From positions 9,861,129 through 9,925,128 of the forward strand of contig CM082576.2 of NCBI GenBank assembly GCA_040954595.2: a stretch of DNA of 64,000 bases, read 5' to 3'. This document shows, piece after piece, positions 1-20,100 of this stretch (the first letter of the stretch is position 1; every line of letters starts with the position of its first letter). A program made the translations under genes and the position numbers. The notes below the pieces were generated by a model that made no database searches, was not told where the DNA came from, and saw nothing but the letters and a program-made list of their open reading frames with translations. This DNA is from Balanoglossus misakiensis. Taxonomy: Eukaryota > Animalia > Hemichordata.

Positions 1-611
1 CATCATGTTGATAATTTCAGGCCAGATACTACAGGGTCTCTTAACAAAACATTATTTGATACGAATTAGTTTATTCGCGCGTGGGGAAACATTTACTCAG
101 ATTTGTACCAGTATAACTGTTGGTAATCGACAATTGAGATCACCAACAGTTCTTCAAGCAGTTGTGATGAGGCTGACAAAAAATATAATACCTGCCAAAG
201 AAATTGATAAAGATTTGCGATATGCAACTCAAATGCAAAAAAAACAGCTTATAAACCTAAAATCTATATCCATTGATGTACTTTTATTGTTGATTCTTCA
301 AAATGAATATTTACCTTTTTTAAGTTTTTAAACCCATCCAGTGTTGTCGCGGTCTTTCATGTCTCGTCACACTTATTGTTATTTTATGATCAACCCTTGT
401 ATCCAAATATTGTCACGTATTTTCACTGATTTTAAAAAGGTGCGTATCTCTAGGGTCATGAACTATCTTCATGGCTCTCACCATCCAGTATTATACTTAA
501 ATCTTCATAACATTTGTACAGTATTTTCTTTTCTTTGTACGCGTTTGCATTGCTATTGTTTGTTTTGTATATTTTTTCATTTATGTTAAAATCAATCAAA
601 TCAAATCAAAT
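1..611 (+). mobile_element. Decayed 3' end of a non-LTR retrotransposon (CR1/L2-like), ending in a (TCAAA)n tail
   Basis: Broken frames give fragments resembling the post-RT C-terminus of CR1/L2 ORF2 (YSRVGKHLLRF; KEIDKDLRYAT; KTAYK). These are followed by a T-rich UTR-like stretch and the microsatellite tail aaatcaatcaaatcaaatcaaat at ~589-611. The family assignment is pattern recall only. Confidence 0.4.
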
Positions 612-1582
612 AACACAAAAATCGGGATTTTCTTAAACAGAAAGAGGTAATATTCACAAGTTGTGACGAAGTTAAACACTTTTCAATGCAAATCTGGGTG
701 TTTTGGTGAACAAATGTTTTTATCACCTTTAACAAGGTTTATAGTTACAGAAATAACATGTGATGGGTACGTAAAGAGGCTTTTATATTTCTTTCATGGT
801 TTTTTAAGATGCGGTATTTGGAAATGTCGCTCACAGAATACAGCTCTGTTTAGTTTTTCGACTACTACATGTATCAAAGATTATACATGGAAATTATTGA
901 AGTGCACGTCCGAGAAATCTTAACTACTGTGTGCACGATACAGATGGCACAAGATCCATCGGTCAATTACCTCACTTCCAGTCACCGGATTTGCAAAAGG
1001 TGAATCCACTGCGTTTTTTTAATCCAGTGGCGTAAAACCAGTACGGTCCCCGAGGCTGTCGTTCTCTGTCTATAAAATCAAACAATAACCCAGAGTAGTA
1101 ATCGAAATTCTGTCGCAAAATTTACAGTTTTCAAAAAAGGACAAACTCTTGTGTGGAATTTTGTACTAAGAAATTGTCGCCGACAAATTTCTGGTGTGCT
1201 ATGTACTTTGGGTGAAAATTTGCCAATTGTCATAATTATGGGTTAATTATAGCTAAACATTTGATGGGGCAGGAGGAATTTATGTATGATTTTACATTGT
1301 GATGACAGTTATTTTTAAGTGTGACTATAAAACATTTTTGTATGGTTGACAAAACGGGTTTATTTCATTGATCGCGCATTTTTTTCATCGAAAATCGTCC
1401 AGTTTTTCTCCCGGATATCAAGCGGTCTAGCCGGAACCTAAAGAACTGAAGCAAACAGCACCTTTATTTCCACTCAACTGATGCCAATACGATGCCAGTT
1501 TCTCGCAGGAATTTATTTATTTATTTATTTCTATTTCGCCGATAAGAATTAGCCATTTTTCGCAACACTGTACAGTAAACAT

Positions 1583-1681
1583 GTAAGTATCGGATGATGT
1601 ACGAGCGGAGTGCAATTGTTCAGATATTGGACGAGTTCAATATCTGAACGATTGCACGACAGGGTACATTATCCGGCTTAC
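1583..1681. repeat. Long imperfect inverted repeat (hairpin), possibly the end of a non-autonomous DNA element extending to ~2520
   Basis: gtgcaattgttcagatattg (1610-1629) pairs with caatatctgaacgattgcac (1638-1657) at 19/20. Outer arms cggatgatgtac (1591-1602) and gtacattatccg (1664-1675) pair at 11/12, plus gtaag/cttac. Related gtgcaatatct and tgcagtgca/tgcactgca dyads recur at ~2420-2500. Confidence 0.75.
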
Positions 1682-4600
1682 AACACGTAGTATTATGAAT
1701 ACACCTGTGATCTTGGTATGCAAAACAACTTCTCAATTACACCAACCAATCACTAGCTTCACAAAATACACCTGCTGAATGACACATTTCGATTGGATAG
1801 TTGTCAGCCAGCGCATTTGACAGATGGTCAGTGAGGGGTCATTCGTAACTCAATCTTTGACGTACAAACACCATGGTTGAAAGTCAGCCTGGTTGAAAGT
1901 GGTGACGACAACGACCTAATCATTACCCAGAGCAATTTCCGACAACCAAGTGAAAGTGAAGGTCGTAAGATGATTGTGACGATACTGGATTTTTCGAAAG
2001 TTTGGTAGCCTCGTTGAAGATATGTGCACAAACCATCGGTCATGGAAAGTGACTTGACGAAGGGTGCCTTTTCTCCCCTGGCTTGCAGCTCCCATCCCGG
2101 CCTCAACTGTAAGTAACAGCTTTCTGTCATTTTTTGTCGAAACATGTAAATTTAAAGTTATTTGTCAGCAATGGAAGTTCTGGTCGAAAAAATGAAGCTT
2201 TCAGGCGAATACGTGTTGAAACGAAACCCCAACCAAAGGTCGAGCACACCGCAGACATGAGAGAGAAAGATGGCCGAACAAAGTATGTGCACCTGGAAGC
2301 AGTTCTTCCCGGAGGAGGCAGCCATTCTTTCAAAATGAACAATGACTATTTTTTGCACTGAATAATTAACTTCTGTCGAAGTTATCTTGTGTGTTGTGGG
2401 TGAGTGCCATTATATGCCAGGTGCAGTGCAAAACCCGGATACTATAGCTGTGCCCCGATGCAGTGCAAAATCAAGATAATGCACTGCACCAGTGCAATAT
2501 CTCAGCGGACAATATAGCATAGATAATGTCCCAAAACTGAGAACAAAATAGTGTTGTTAAACACTACAGAAATACAGTCCGCCCTTAATGCTATTTGAGC
2601 AATTGTCTAGGTTTCCGTCCATGTAGAAATTTAGGTTGAAAACAATGCATCCACCCGAGTTATCACATTTTCTTGAGAAGGCTAAGTGTGTATGATATGA
2701 AAGGCTCATATTTGCCGTCTGTCTTCGGTCATTGTACATCAGTTGTCTACATTGTAGGCCTACGACGGGATGTAATGTATCGATCAATTTAAAAATTTAA
2801 ATTTGGAAAACAGCTGCACGAAAACATAGACATATACAGTTTAACAGTAGTCGTGCTGATGTGGTACACCTAAAACAAATGTAATAGTCCACTGAGCTCC
2901 TGTCGCTGGCTGCGCTGTACTAACGAGTAGATGAGCCCCAGTACAGTGAGCGCTGAGAAAGATTATGCTAGGATTGCCCAATGTGACAATAGAGGGCGCC
3001 ATCATCATCATCATCTTTATTCAGTTGGCCACCGGCCTTTATGTACAGCTTTCTTAATAACAAACATGAAGTTAGTCACTTGAGGTAATAATTATAAATC
3101 TAAGCTACATTTCTAATTCTTGGTTTAAATTCTAGTATTGTCTCCCAGCAAACTGAATGCCTGAAATATATATTTAGCAAGGATTTCCTGGATTACCATT
3201 TGAGGAATAAATTTTGTTCCGACGATATTTCAATATTTAGGACATACAAGGGCAAATGATACTCACCCTCTAAACTGTAACTAACTCTCATCCAGTGGAT
3301 TTCCAATTTCTCAGAGAGGGCGCTATTAGACAACTGTGGCGTGTGTTGGAGCACAGGCGTACGAGAGGGAAAATTTGGGGTGGGTCAGTCAGTCGTACTG
3401 TAGCGGTGTGATTCCAGTGTAAGATATCATTTCTCAACATCCTGTTAAAGAACTTGGTGTGGCCATTCAACAACAGGGTTAAAACAAAAACATAAAAAGA
3501 CAAACGATGCAAGTTGTGACAAAATCAAAATTTATTTGCAGAAAAAGCCAAAAAATTAGTGCACAGTTTTATTTGCTGTACTGAATCACTCTCGGCAGGC
3601 TAATGTTTTTGCCAATGTAAAAGTCATCTGTTCACGCAACATGCATGAAATATAAGATCACAGAGTTAAGAAATGAATTATTAGGAAAATTTTCGCAGAG
3701 CAGGAAAGATTTCACAAAATCCTGCATATGATTTTTTTCATTCATATTTTCATCAGTTCAACATTTTTTGTTACAAGTTATTCTTGGATAATACAGTACT
3801 AGAAAATACATCGAACAGTGCTGTATCAATACAAGTGATAACCATCACCCATAGAAATCATATCTTTGGTTTATTGTATATATCTTGTATATATCTTGTA
3901 CCTTGCTATCTCTGACTTATCTAGGAAAGACTGGAGAACTCACTACTACAATGTGAACATGTTGCAATTTGCGCCAAAAATCAAACTATTTCCTGAATAA
4001 TTCTCCTGAATTCTTTAGAAATAAAATTGTATATAAAACTGAAAATAGTGCTCGAAAGTCCATGATTTTTACTTGGATTAATATTCCAATATATTAAAAG
4101 AACAAAATGCTTCCACAGCACAAGTTTGTGCAACCACACCACTGTGGTCAAACAAACCACGTTCATACACTATAATGGCTTCTATCACTGAAAACCAAAA
4201 TTGCTTTCATTTGCTCTGCTATGGTATTAAGCAAAACAACAAAAACATCTGTCGCAAGTACTGGGCCTGAATGGCCCAGAGGAGACACTGGATTATACAG
4301 ATTTTTTTTAAAAACAAAACCCTGGGGGAAATTACCAGATAAGCTGAAGTGAAGGTTGTTAAAAGTTGCAGGTGTCGACACAGCTGGAGGTAAAGTCTAT
4401 ACAGAGCTGTAATGTTATAAAAAAAATAAAAGCTGTTGTAAGTTTTTTTTAAATAAAAAAAAACGCACACACACACATCTTGTGATTTTGGCATATGTAG
4501 GTCCAGTAACTGGCACGTGAAAATAAACAGCTTTGCTTTGATCACATCGGATTTGATTTTATTGAAGTAAAAAAATATCAGTGACATTGTTTGCAGAAAG

Positions 4601-6874
4601 ACGTCGACCAAAAAGATTCATATTGCTGGCTAATGGAATAAAACATACATGTAGTTTTAAGACTCGCATCACAAAAACTGTACATCAAGTGTGATCAAAC
4701 GCAGTTAGGAGTGACCGCGTATCAAAGTACAAATCTGAGCAGTATTCGTCTTCAACATGGACGAGCAGCTGCAATTTTTTCTTTATACACGTCACAAAAA
4801 AACACAATTTCCAATCATTTATTCTTTTACACGTCAATCAGCAGAAAATGGGAGTCATCAAAAAATAAATATCTATTCTACGTTACACGCAAAGTGTTCT
4901 CAAAATCAATGTACAAAGGTTTAGTCTAAACAGTACAGGAAGAATGTATGCAGCAGACTCGACTAACCATTACTGATTTCCACACAAGGGAAATCATATC
5001 TTGTGAGGAAAACGACAATCATGTCTGTATGTTTTCCATTATCACTGCAATGATTGTACATTATCAGGGAGTAGTCAAAGGTTTGGACTCATTTTCACAA
5101 CACAAGTAGCAACAATGGAAGAATGAATAACACTGTTAATTTCACTACCTTGAAATGGTTGTAGTTGTTAAGTCATTATATAGCACTTGCGTTCATTTAA
5201 TACAATATTAAAGTATGATCCTACAAATCAAACTGATTCGCAACATAAAATTTTGAATTTTCTGCCCATTATTTTACCAATTTCAGCATAATTCACTTTT
5301 AATTCGTACCATTAAGATAGATGACACATACACACGTAAACACGCACACGCTATATTAAAGTAACATGCACACATACATATAAGTAAACCCTTCATGCTA
5401 TGGGACACAAGGTGACCAGGTTGTACCTGTACTTTCTCTTCACCACACAAAAATTGCTGGGAACAGCATGGAAATAATCGTGTAAAACTGTTTCCGTCAT
5501 TTAGGGAGTTGGAAGAGCTACGAAGTTTCACTAGATAAAAAAAAACACGTCGAGCTCTCAAATCCAAACGCTTTTGCACCATCAGCACAAGTTGGATTGT
5601 CATTGGCCCAGTATCTTTTATTGCTGGTCGGGATCTTGGATGGGTCTGGATGGGGTAGGGGTGGTTTCTGGTGGGCTTCGAAGACACATCATCAAATAAA
5701 GAAACGCCAATGCATAGATATGTTTATATTGTGCATGACACACTGTCCCACGTAGGAGTGAACTATCTCCTAGGCAACGGCGCTTTTCAAATAAGGAATA
5801 GTCAGCCAAAGGCAACCACAATTAAGTATAATCTTTGAGATATTTAAATACAGTTGAAATAGCTATGGCCGCTGGCATTTTCGATGTGGTTATTTTAAAC
5901 GAGTCAGTCATCTTGCAACATGCAGCTGCCATTCAGATAATTCCTTATTTGGAGTCTGCCTATTTTTCTGGGTGGTGGGGATTATTAATTAAACTATAAA
6001 AACTAAATGAGTGATAGTATCCCTCCATAATACAAAATAAAATCAGCATAAGAAATCTAAATATTTTCATCTTCTGGTGGACTCAGTGATTGATATAGAA
6101 AAATTGCATGGCACATTTTGAAATATATAAACACTAGAATTGGAAGATTAAACGTAATGAATACAAAAAGCTATACAGACTACTGCCAATGAAGTATACA
6201 ATTTTCAAGTAATGTCTGTATTGGAAAGTAAACACATTGACGATTTTTTTAAAACTTTGCATACAGGTCTGATTGTTATGACAGTTTATTGTTGTTGTAA
6301 GTAAATCGAAATGCTTGTTGCTGTAACAGCCAGATGGAAAACCGGTGATCTAATTTATTTTTCTGATCTTATAGTAGACAGGCAAGCTATGGAGTTGTGT
6401 ACATTTTATGCCTGGTGTCTTCCTGGGGCTTATCCAGGGTAATCAGAGAATTCTACACAGCCATGGTGTTGTCAGTAGCAACACACTTTTTCTGTTACTT
6501 GATTGTGCTGGACTTAACCATTGAGTCAAACCACTGGTGTGGTTATGTCGCGTGTTTTTTAAACTTTTCTCGACGGAAGACAAATTTTGTCTGGCTTGAA
6601 TCTCAACATTAGCGTAGACCCGGACCCCAGGTTTCAATCACCAGGCAATGTGACAAACACCATTGTTGCAAAACCTGTCTACATAACATAACCAATTACC
6701 CAATGGCGTCTACAAGATCTTTCACCCCCTCCCTTACTGTTACACCATCTGACTGAGCAAACTAATAATAATACTGTCTTTGTTGTGTGAAGCTTCCTTC
6801 CAGTGTTAGTTCCCATTCCTTCGATAAATAACAGTCTTCCAACCCCTGTAAAAAGAAATCAGGAGAGCGCATCT

Positions 6875-13395
<6,521 letters not shown>

Positions 13396-14149
13396 TCTTA
13401 CATAGCTTCAAATAGCTCCATTCAGATAGGATTTAGATTCATACACATTATGATGTTCTGTTGAATGTATGATGTTTTGAAGAAAAAATCCAGATTAGCA
13501 AATTTTGCATAATATTACTTCGACAGTTACCATGTTACATTATTTAAGTAAATAACTGGCCGGTCATACGAGAGTTTTCACTCGGAATTTACTCTTATTT
13601 CCATCCTTGATTGGAATTCACCCAATATTCTGATCCTGAATCGGACTTAGCTTCATTTCGTGACCGTGACTCATTTGAATTCCTATCCGCAGTGGTGTTA
13701 GTAAAACGTATTGTAATTGGACGCTATCTAAATCGTTCAGGCAAATGTAAAATGCTAACCAATCATCTATCACTTAACAACGGGCAGGTCTTATGAAACT
13801 TTGAACGGTCATTTTAACGAAGATTACATTATTTTAAGGTTTTAAATTACGTTTATTTTTGTTAGATGGTAGTTAAGAAGTGTATGACATTATTACATTT
13901 AGAAAAAAATATATTCTAGTCAATATCTGACAAATGACATCATCGAGAAATAATACGCATGCGTATTCAGTAACCGTGTTTCCCTACTCATTACGTCACA
14001 CCACATTATCATCTTTTCATATTCTGATGTTGCAAAGAGTGCACAGAAACGGCCATATTGCCACTTGATAGCATTGCACAAATATTTCGTAGGCTATTGT
14101 TCACAGGCTCATCATTTCTAGTACATTCAAACACAGTTCAAATTTAGAC
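13396..14149. promoter_or_regulatory. Putative bidirectional promoter and 5'UTRs shared by SPTLC2 (-) and the reticulon (+)
   Basis: Only 754 bp separate the divergent ATGs. The interval holds CCAAT boxes in both orientations (ATTGG 13610, 13716; CCAAT 13622, 13759), AP-1 TGACTCA (13667), CRE-like TGACATCA (13935) and TTACGTCA (13991), and a perfect 16-bp palindrome AATACGCATGCGTATT (13952-13967) with an NRF1-like core. Confidence 0.7.
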
Positions 14150-17100
14150 ATGTCGATGTACGACGAGTTTGATCCTATGAGTACAGGAACTTCAGCCCCG
14201 CACGAAAGCTCTTCAGCTCCCTTTGACAACGATTTTGTCCAGCTCGACCCCGAGCCACCGAAAGTACAGACTGACGAAATCGGTTCGTCTGGCCGCGATG
14301 AAGCCGCCGAAGAAGATCTGTACACAGGAAACCAGGTGCCCGAATCGTCAAATTTAGTACATTTCGAAGAGGATCTGCCACCCGTCACGTCTTCGACCGA
14401 TGATTACCGCGAAGAACCAGAAAGCGTTAGCCAGGACACTAATTTCCTAGAAGCTGAGCCCGCGCCCGCGGAGCCAATGCCCGAACCAGAGGTATCGAAA
14501 CCGTCACCAGTCGAGGAACCCCCACAGGAGACAACATCCCAACCAGGTATGTCTAGCCAAAAGTGCAATTTGTGATGAAATTGCGAAAGAAAATCTATCA
14601 GAAATTTCGATTTTCGTGTATTTCATTGTGCAAGACACGCCTTGAGAATTCGATTCAAAACTGAATTTGCAGTGAGTGAAGACCTAAAGGTTCCCCCCCC
14701 CCCCCATAATAAAAGCTTTCAATAGTATTTACCCTCTGTAATATAATGTAGGGATTGCCAGACAGACAGCAGGGAGGGTATTTTATGTATCACAAATATT
14801 TATCCTGTAACTATATAAGAAAACTGTAAAGGAAAACGAAATTACAGTTATCTGAAATAATAGAGAACAGTTATTTGCAAAATATCATAATCAAATGGAT
14901 GTTGATATTGAAAACTATTTAAAGTTAAAAAATTAACTATGCAGACTTTATTTTTCTGCTCAGATAATTTTATATGATTTATTTTCAAATCCTGTTGTCT
15001 GCATTTCTTCACAGGTGGCATATTTGCTGGCTTACAGAACCTAGATCCCAGAGGTAAAGTAGATTAACATGTACATCCTCTACAGTGTTACAAAAGAATG
15101 GATATAAATAATCATATGATATACTTGCACACATTTAGTTTGTAAGTTCATCATTTGCTCATTTGCATATGGTTTGAAATTATTACAATGCTTTTAAGTC
15201 TTCGCTATTATTACTTTTAAGGTTGAAACTGTCTTTGGTTTTTTGTATTAATAGTCAAGGAATGGCCATTGATTTGCTACATACCTCCAATATGCCCTAA
15301 TTTTGGCACCAGGATTTGGGAATATGTTGAGGGACCAAATGAAAACTATCAATGTTTGCTTCGCTGCTTTGAGGGTGCTGTGAGGACCTAATCTTTCAAT
15401 GAATGATTCAACTTGTGTCAAAATTATCAGATAATTGATCTTTTCAACATTTCTTCTGTGCCTTGAATAGTTTTAAACAGTTGGGCTTTTTAATATAGCA
15501 TACACATTTGTCCATTCCCAATTGTGATGTCATTTTGGGCATTTGCAAAATGTCTTTTTCTGCAGCACCAATAGACTTTGTACATGTCATAAATAATAGG
15601 GCAGACTCAACATTTTTTGCAAACAAAATCACACAAGGAATATTTGAACAACATTGTTTGCCAAGAACTTGTCAAACAAATTGTGTTTCAGGCATTGTGG
15701 TTTACCTGAAATTTATCACAGTGTTTATGCCTACATGCCGTGATGAATTGTAGTACATTGTGAATATTCACAGAACAAGAGAAGGATGCTGTCTGGTCTC
15801 CATAATTCATGTTATTTACATGAGACGATTTGTATTATACCAGTAAATGAGTGGATGTGGTTTCTGCACATTGCAGCCAAAATCAATAGAATTATCTGTT
15901 ATTTTTGGGGGAAAAAATGACTGCTTTCTCCACTGTTTGGTGAAAAGATGCTGCCCGTTTAGAAAAATGGACGGTGACAAATGATTCACGACCATGAGTC
16001 ATTTTAATAGGTGCTAGGGGGTACAGTGTCTGAGAACACCTAGAACTAGCCCCCCAGACTAGCAGCAGCTCATGAATAACAATAGGGAATATAACAGGTA
16101 AAACATCAGTATGCATATTGGGCCCTATCCATATTATCATTTACCGAGGAACACCAGCCAACCTAGTGCAAGGCCACCGTTGATGTCAGTTCTCGCTTTG
16201 TGATGATACTCTGAAAAAAAAGTGCAGACACACAGCTAGTTGTAGATCATTTCCAGAGACTGACTTTTCATATCAGCAGAGATGCAGGAACCCGTTGATG
16301 ATGGCAACATCACAGAGGAGCAAAATGATGCGGTGGAGCAATCTAGTGGGGATGATGACGCTGTCTTCTGTTGTGATAGTCACCGTCAAGGTAATTGTGG
16401 ACTCTGGTACGATGCACGCAGCTATGGCTTGCTTACGCCCTCCCTGCCTCTTGTATTGTAAGACAAACAAAACCCAGTGAAATTTCTGCGTGGTGATTTT
16501 TGAGGAGCGCTTCAGACCTGATTTTCGCAGCATGAAAGCCACGTAGTGCTGATGGAGATCACTGTATTTTTTATGCGCTGTTTCTCTTGAATCTGTCTGC
16601 AGTTAAATTATATATTAAGTAGGTCTTGCTTGCGATCTGTTGCTGAAAAGTGGGAGTGTATCGTCGAATTGAATTGCCGTGTGGCAAGATTGCATCTGTT
16701 CCTATTTCCATATTGTAACACCTAACATTCACTCTAAAATTTCACTATCGGTTAATTCAACATCAGTAACCATTTTAATGTCAGGGCTGCAGATGAAATT
16801 TGGAAGCTGCAGACAATGCCTGGTGTTGCTCTTAGCTAGTTATAATTTTCATGGCTCTGAGTTTAGCTCATGATGGATGGGTTTTGTTTCCCCCAGCAGC
16901 CATGACTAACCAACCGATGTGACTTGGCTTCCTCATTTTAATAACCTGTCTGTCCCCATTGTTGCGATGCCTGCCCCCTGTGTGATGTGGGTTTCGTTTC
17001 TAACAAAGCACGTCAGCTGATACCGTCTTGTCAGTATCCAGTTTTGTGCCAGTGCTTGTGCATGAAAATCAGAACTGTTGAGTTTTAAATGGAGATTATT

Positions 17101-20100
17101 TGCCTGGAGTGGGTGAACTCAGTTGAAAGGTCACGCTGTGGTCACCGTACTCCACTCAGTCGCATTCGATGTTTTATCTCATCTTAACCTCGCTTTCTCT
17201 TACTTTTCAAAAGTGATGTTTTTGAGTACAGATTCTTTCCACTTCCCCGCAGGTCAAGATTGCCTCCTAAATTTTGTATGAATGTTGCGTTTCGAAAGGC
17301 ATTTGTGAAATAGATCTGAGTGCCAGTTGAGTCACTGCATTTGCGGGTGAAATATTTGAAGTGTTACCTGACTTGGTTGTGATTTATGAGAAAGTGTCTG
17401 TGCAGTACAAAAAGAAATTGTAGAATCTAGATCATATGATTAAAAGTAAGACAGTTGAAAAAATATCTTGTATACAAATGTCTGAGAAGCCATTATAAAG
17501 CTAATGTGATTTAGATAATTTACTGACCAGATTTAATACATGTATAAGTTGTTGCTATATAATAACTGTTGACTAAAATTATATTTGTTGCTGTTTCCTA
17601 ATTCTCTTAATATTTACAACTTTCCTTGTTGTACTCTATTTAACCTGGAAATGTCAACTGGTTCAAGCTGACTTCAGTTTTCCACCCAGCTGTCCGTTTA
17701 TTGTGAAAGACCTTATTCTGTGTATGTGTGTACGTGTGTGACCAGACATGCTTAGACTCCCTGATTAGTTAAGTGGTCTCTGTCCAGACATGCCGCTTGG
17801 CTACTTGTCAAAAATTAGCAGACGACCCCATCTGGGATTCTGTGCAACTGGAACAACAGTCTACATACTTAATGAGCAATAAAGTTGTTTTTGTAAAGCT
17901 GTGTGTTAGAAAATAGACGTGGAGACGAGATTAATGAAAGGAAATGACTTCAAGCATTTTAATTTTTATAGTTATCAGCACTGGATTTTTAATAGGAATG
18001 TGCAGAATTTGGGTAATTTTATCTCCTTCAATAGTGCTGTGTGTATATCACCAACAAGGGGTTTGCCATGGTCAGTTGCTATCTGGCATTTTTTTTTTGG
18101 CTGTTCTGTTGAAGCAAAACAGTGGGTATTTTCGTTTTGTGAAATTCTAGGCTGTGTGAAGGGGCGTGGCAGCAGTCGTTGTTTGCATGGGAGAAATAGC
18201 TGTCATGAAATATTGACAGTCCGAGGTGCGAGATCTCAATGACAGTTGCTGGCTTGACTCACCTTTGCCATGACGATGGAGCAAAACAGACTTTGTGGTG
18301 TTTTAGTGGCTGCAGTTTAAATGTAGTCTTGAAATGGAATGTCTAGTGGCCTACGCTGTTGTATGTTCAGAAAATCAGTGTTGTGTTATTTTGGTACGGG
18401 AATGAATCAGGGCTGGTTTGTTCTGGGCTTGTCAGTTGTGATGGTTGTGCACTGTTTGCATTGCTGTGAATGGTTTATGGGTCATGCGCATACCATGAAT
18501 GGGAGATATCTTATAGCTTTCCCCCTATATAATGCCGTTGGGACATCCAGGAAGGCGCACCAACCGCGCACACCACGTGGATGAGTCATCAAATCTTGAA
18601 TTTCAGAAAATTGTACTTAGTAATTTGCATCTGTTCCTTGCTCTCGAGTTCATGTGGGTTCACAGCTGTTGGTAGGTTGCACTACGTTTTTGTCCTGAAA
18701 TGCTGTGAAATCCATTAATGGAATTGTTATTACAAAACTTTATCATTAGAAATTAAAATTGCGTAATTTAAAATAAAATCCTTTGTTCCTTTTTCCTGTG
18801 AATTTAATTTTTTTTTAAATCAGGAATTTGAGGTGTGTGGCAATATTTTTTTTCGAACAACGTGCTGCACGTACCGGATGAGTAATGACCAAAATTAAAC
18901 ATAGCCGGTCTTTTGTTCCCTCTGTGTATGACACACCCTTGTACAAACGGCGAGAAAGGTAGATTATTATAAAGACTGACCATTTGCGAGCGAGGTCACA
19001 GAATGTTGTTATTGTGCGTGTAAAGGGATGATGCATCATTGAAAATAATTTATCCGGCGTTTTGGTGTCAACGGGAGGCTGCTGACAAGGGTTAATCAGA
19101 CGTGTGCAGCTGGGTACGGTTACATTTCAAGCACTGATCCTGAGCATTGATATCATATTCATATAGTTATGAGAGAACACTTTTTAAAAATCTCAATGGG
19201 TTTATAGTATGACTAGAAATTGTACTACAGCCTAATGATTCAGTCCAGGGGAGTAATCAATATTTAAATCGCTTCGTTTTATGAGGGGCTAAGTTCAAGG
19301 TTAGCCGAGTGAGTTATTTTTTTGCGTATTCTAGAGTAAAGTCAACATGAAGCCAAACAGAACCCTGTATTAATGATAGTGAGTCGTGGGAAAAATTCAA
19401 TGTGCAAAATATGTCTTATTATAATTATAATATATGCCTTTGACAGTTAAATTTAAAAGAGGCCCATTTTTAATGAGCGTTTTTGATAGTTAAATTAACA
19501 GTTGTAGAAATAATAATTACGTGTTAAGTGAGCATTGAGAGGTCAGTTTACATGTAGTGTGTACTTAGAACAGAAACTGCCTGTCGTCTGTGAAAATGCC
19601 ACATTATGTCATGTTACAGTCTACATCCAATGCATTTTGATTCTTTGTGTCTGGGTTGGCCTGTCTGATAGTGATAGGGTTGTGATCTGTACAGTTTTCT
19701 GTTTTGGTTTTTATGTTCTGATTATCCGGTTAAATGTCAGAGAGATTTATCCCAATTCACGTTGACGGATTAGGATGTGAGTGATGACAAATGGATGTGT
19801 TTTCCCCGTTTCTCCGAGTAATTTGCTGTACTCTTCTTCCGTGATGAAGTATTCCCCTTGCAACAAAGCCGGAATGAATTTTGTTCACCGACAAACATTT
19901 CAGGGAAAATAAGACACCGATCCGGCCCAGTCAAATTGCAAAAATGTTTAGGTCAGATTTATGTTTTATTGGCTATAAATAACATTTTATCGCTGATTAT
20001 TATTGCTGAATTGGTGTGTTAGCTCGATCCAGTGCCTTCTTACCGAATGGCATCATTTCAAGGCTAAAAACCCTTTTTCATGGGCCTCACATGTGATGAT

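Noticed and set aside
6590-6650. tRNA/SINE-like B-box (ggtttcaatc)
   Set aside because: No convincing A-box or cloverleaf; lies in the presumed SPTLC2 3'UTR.
17253-17281. Strong-looking acceptor (ttctttccacttccccgcag) in the reticulon intron as another coding exon
   Set aside because: In the required phase it reaches TGA within about 10 codons, and the nearby GT would shift the frame; unsupported without RNA data.
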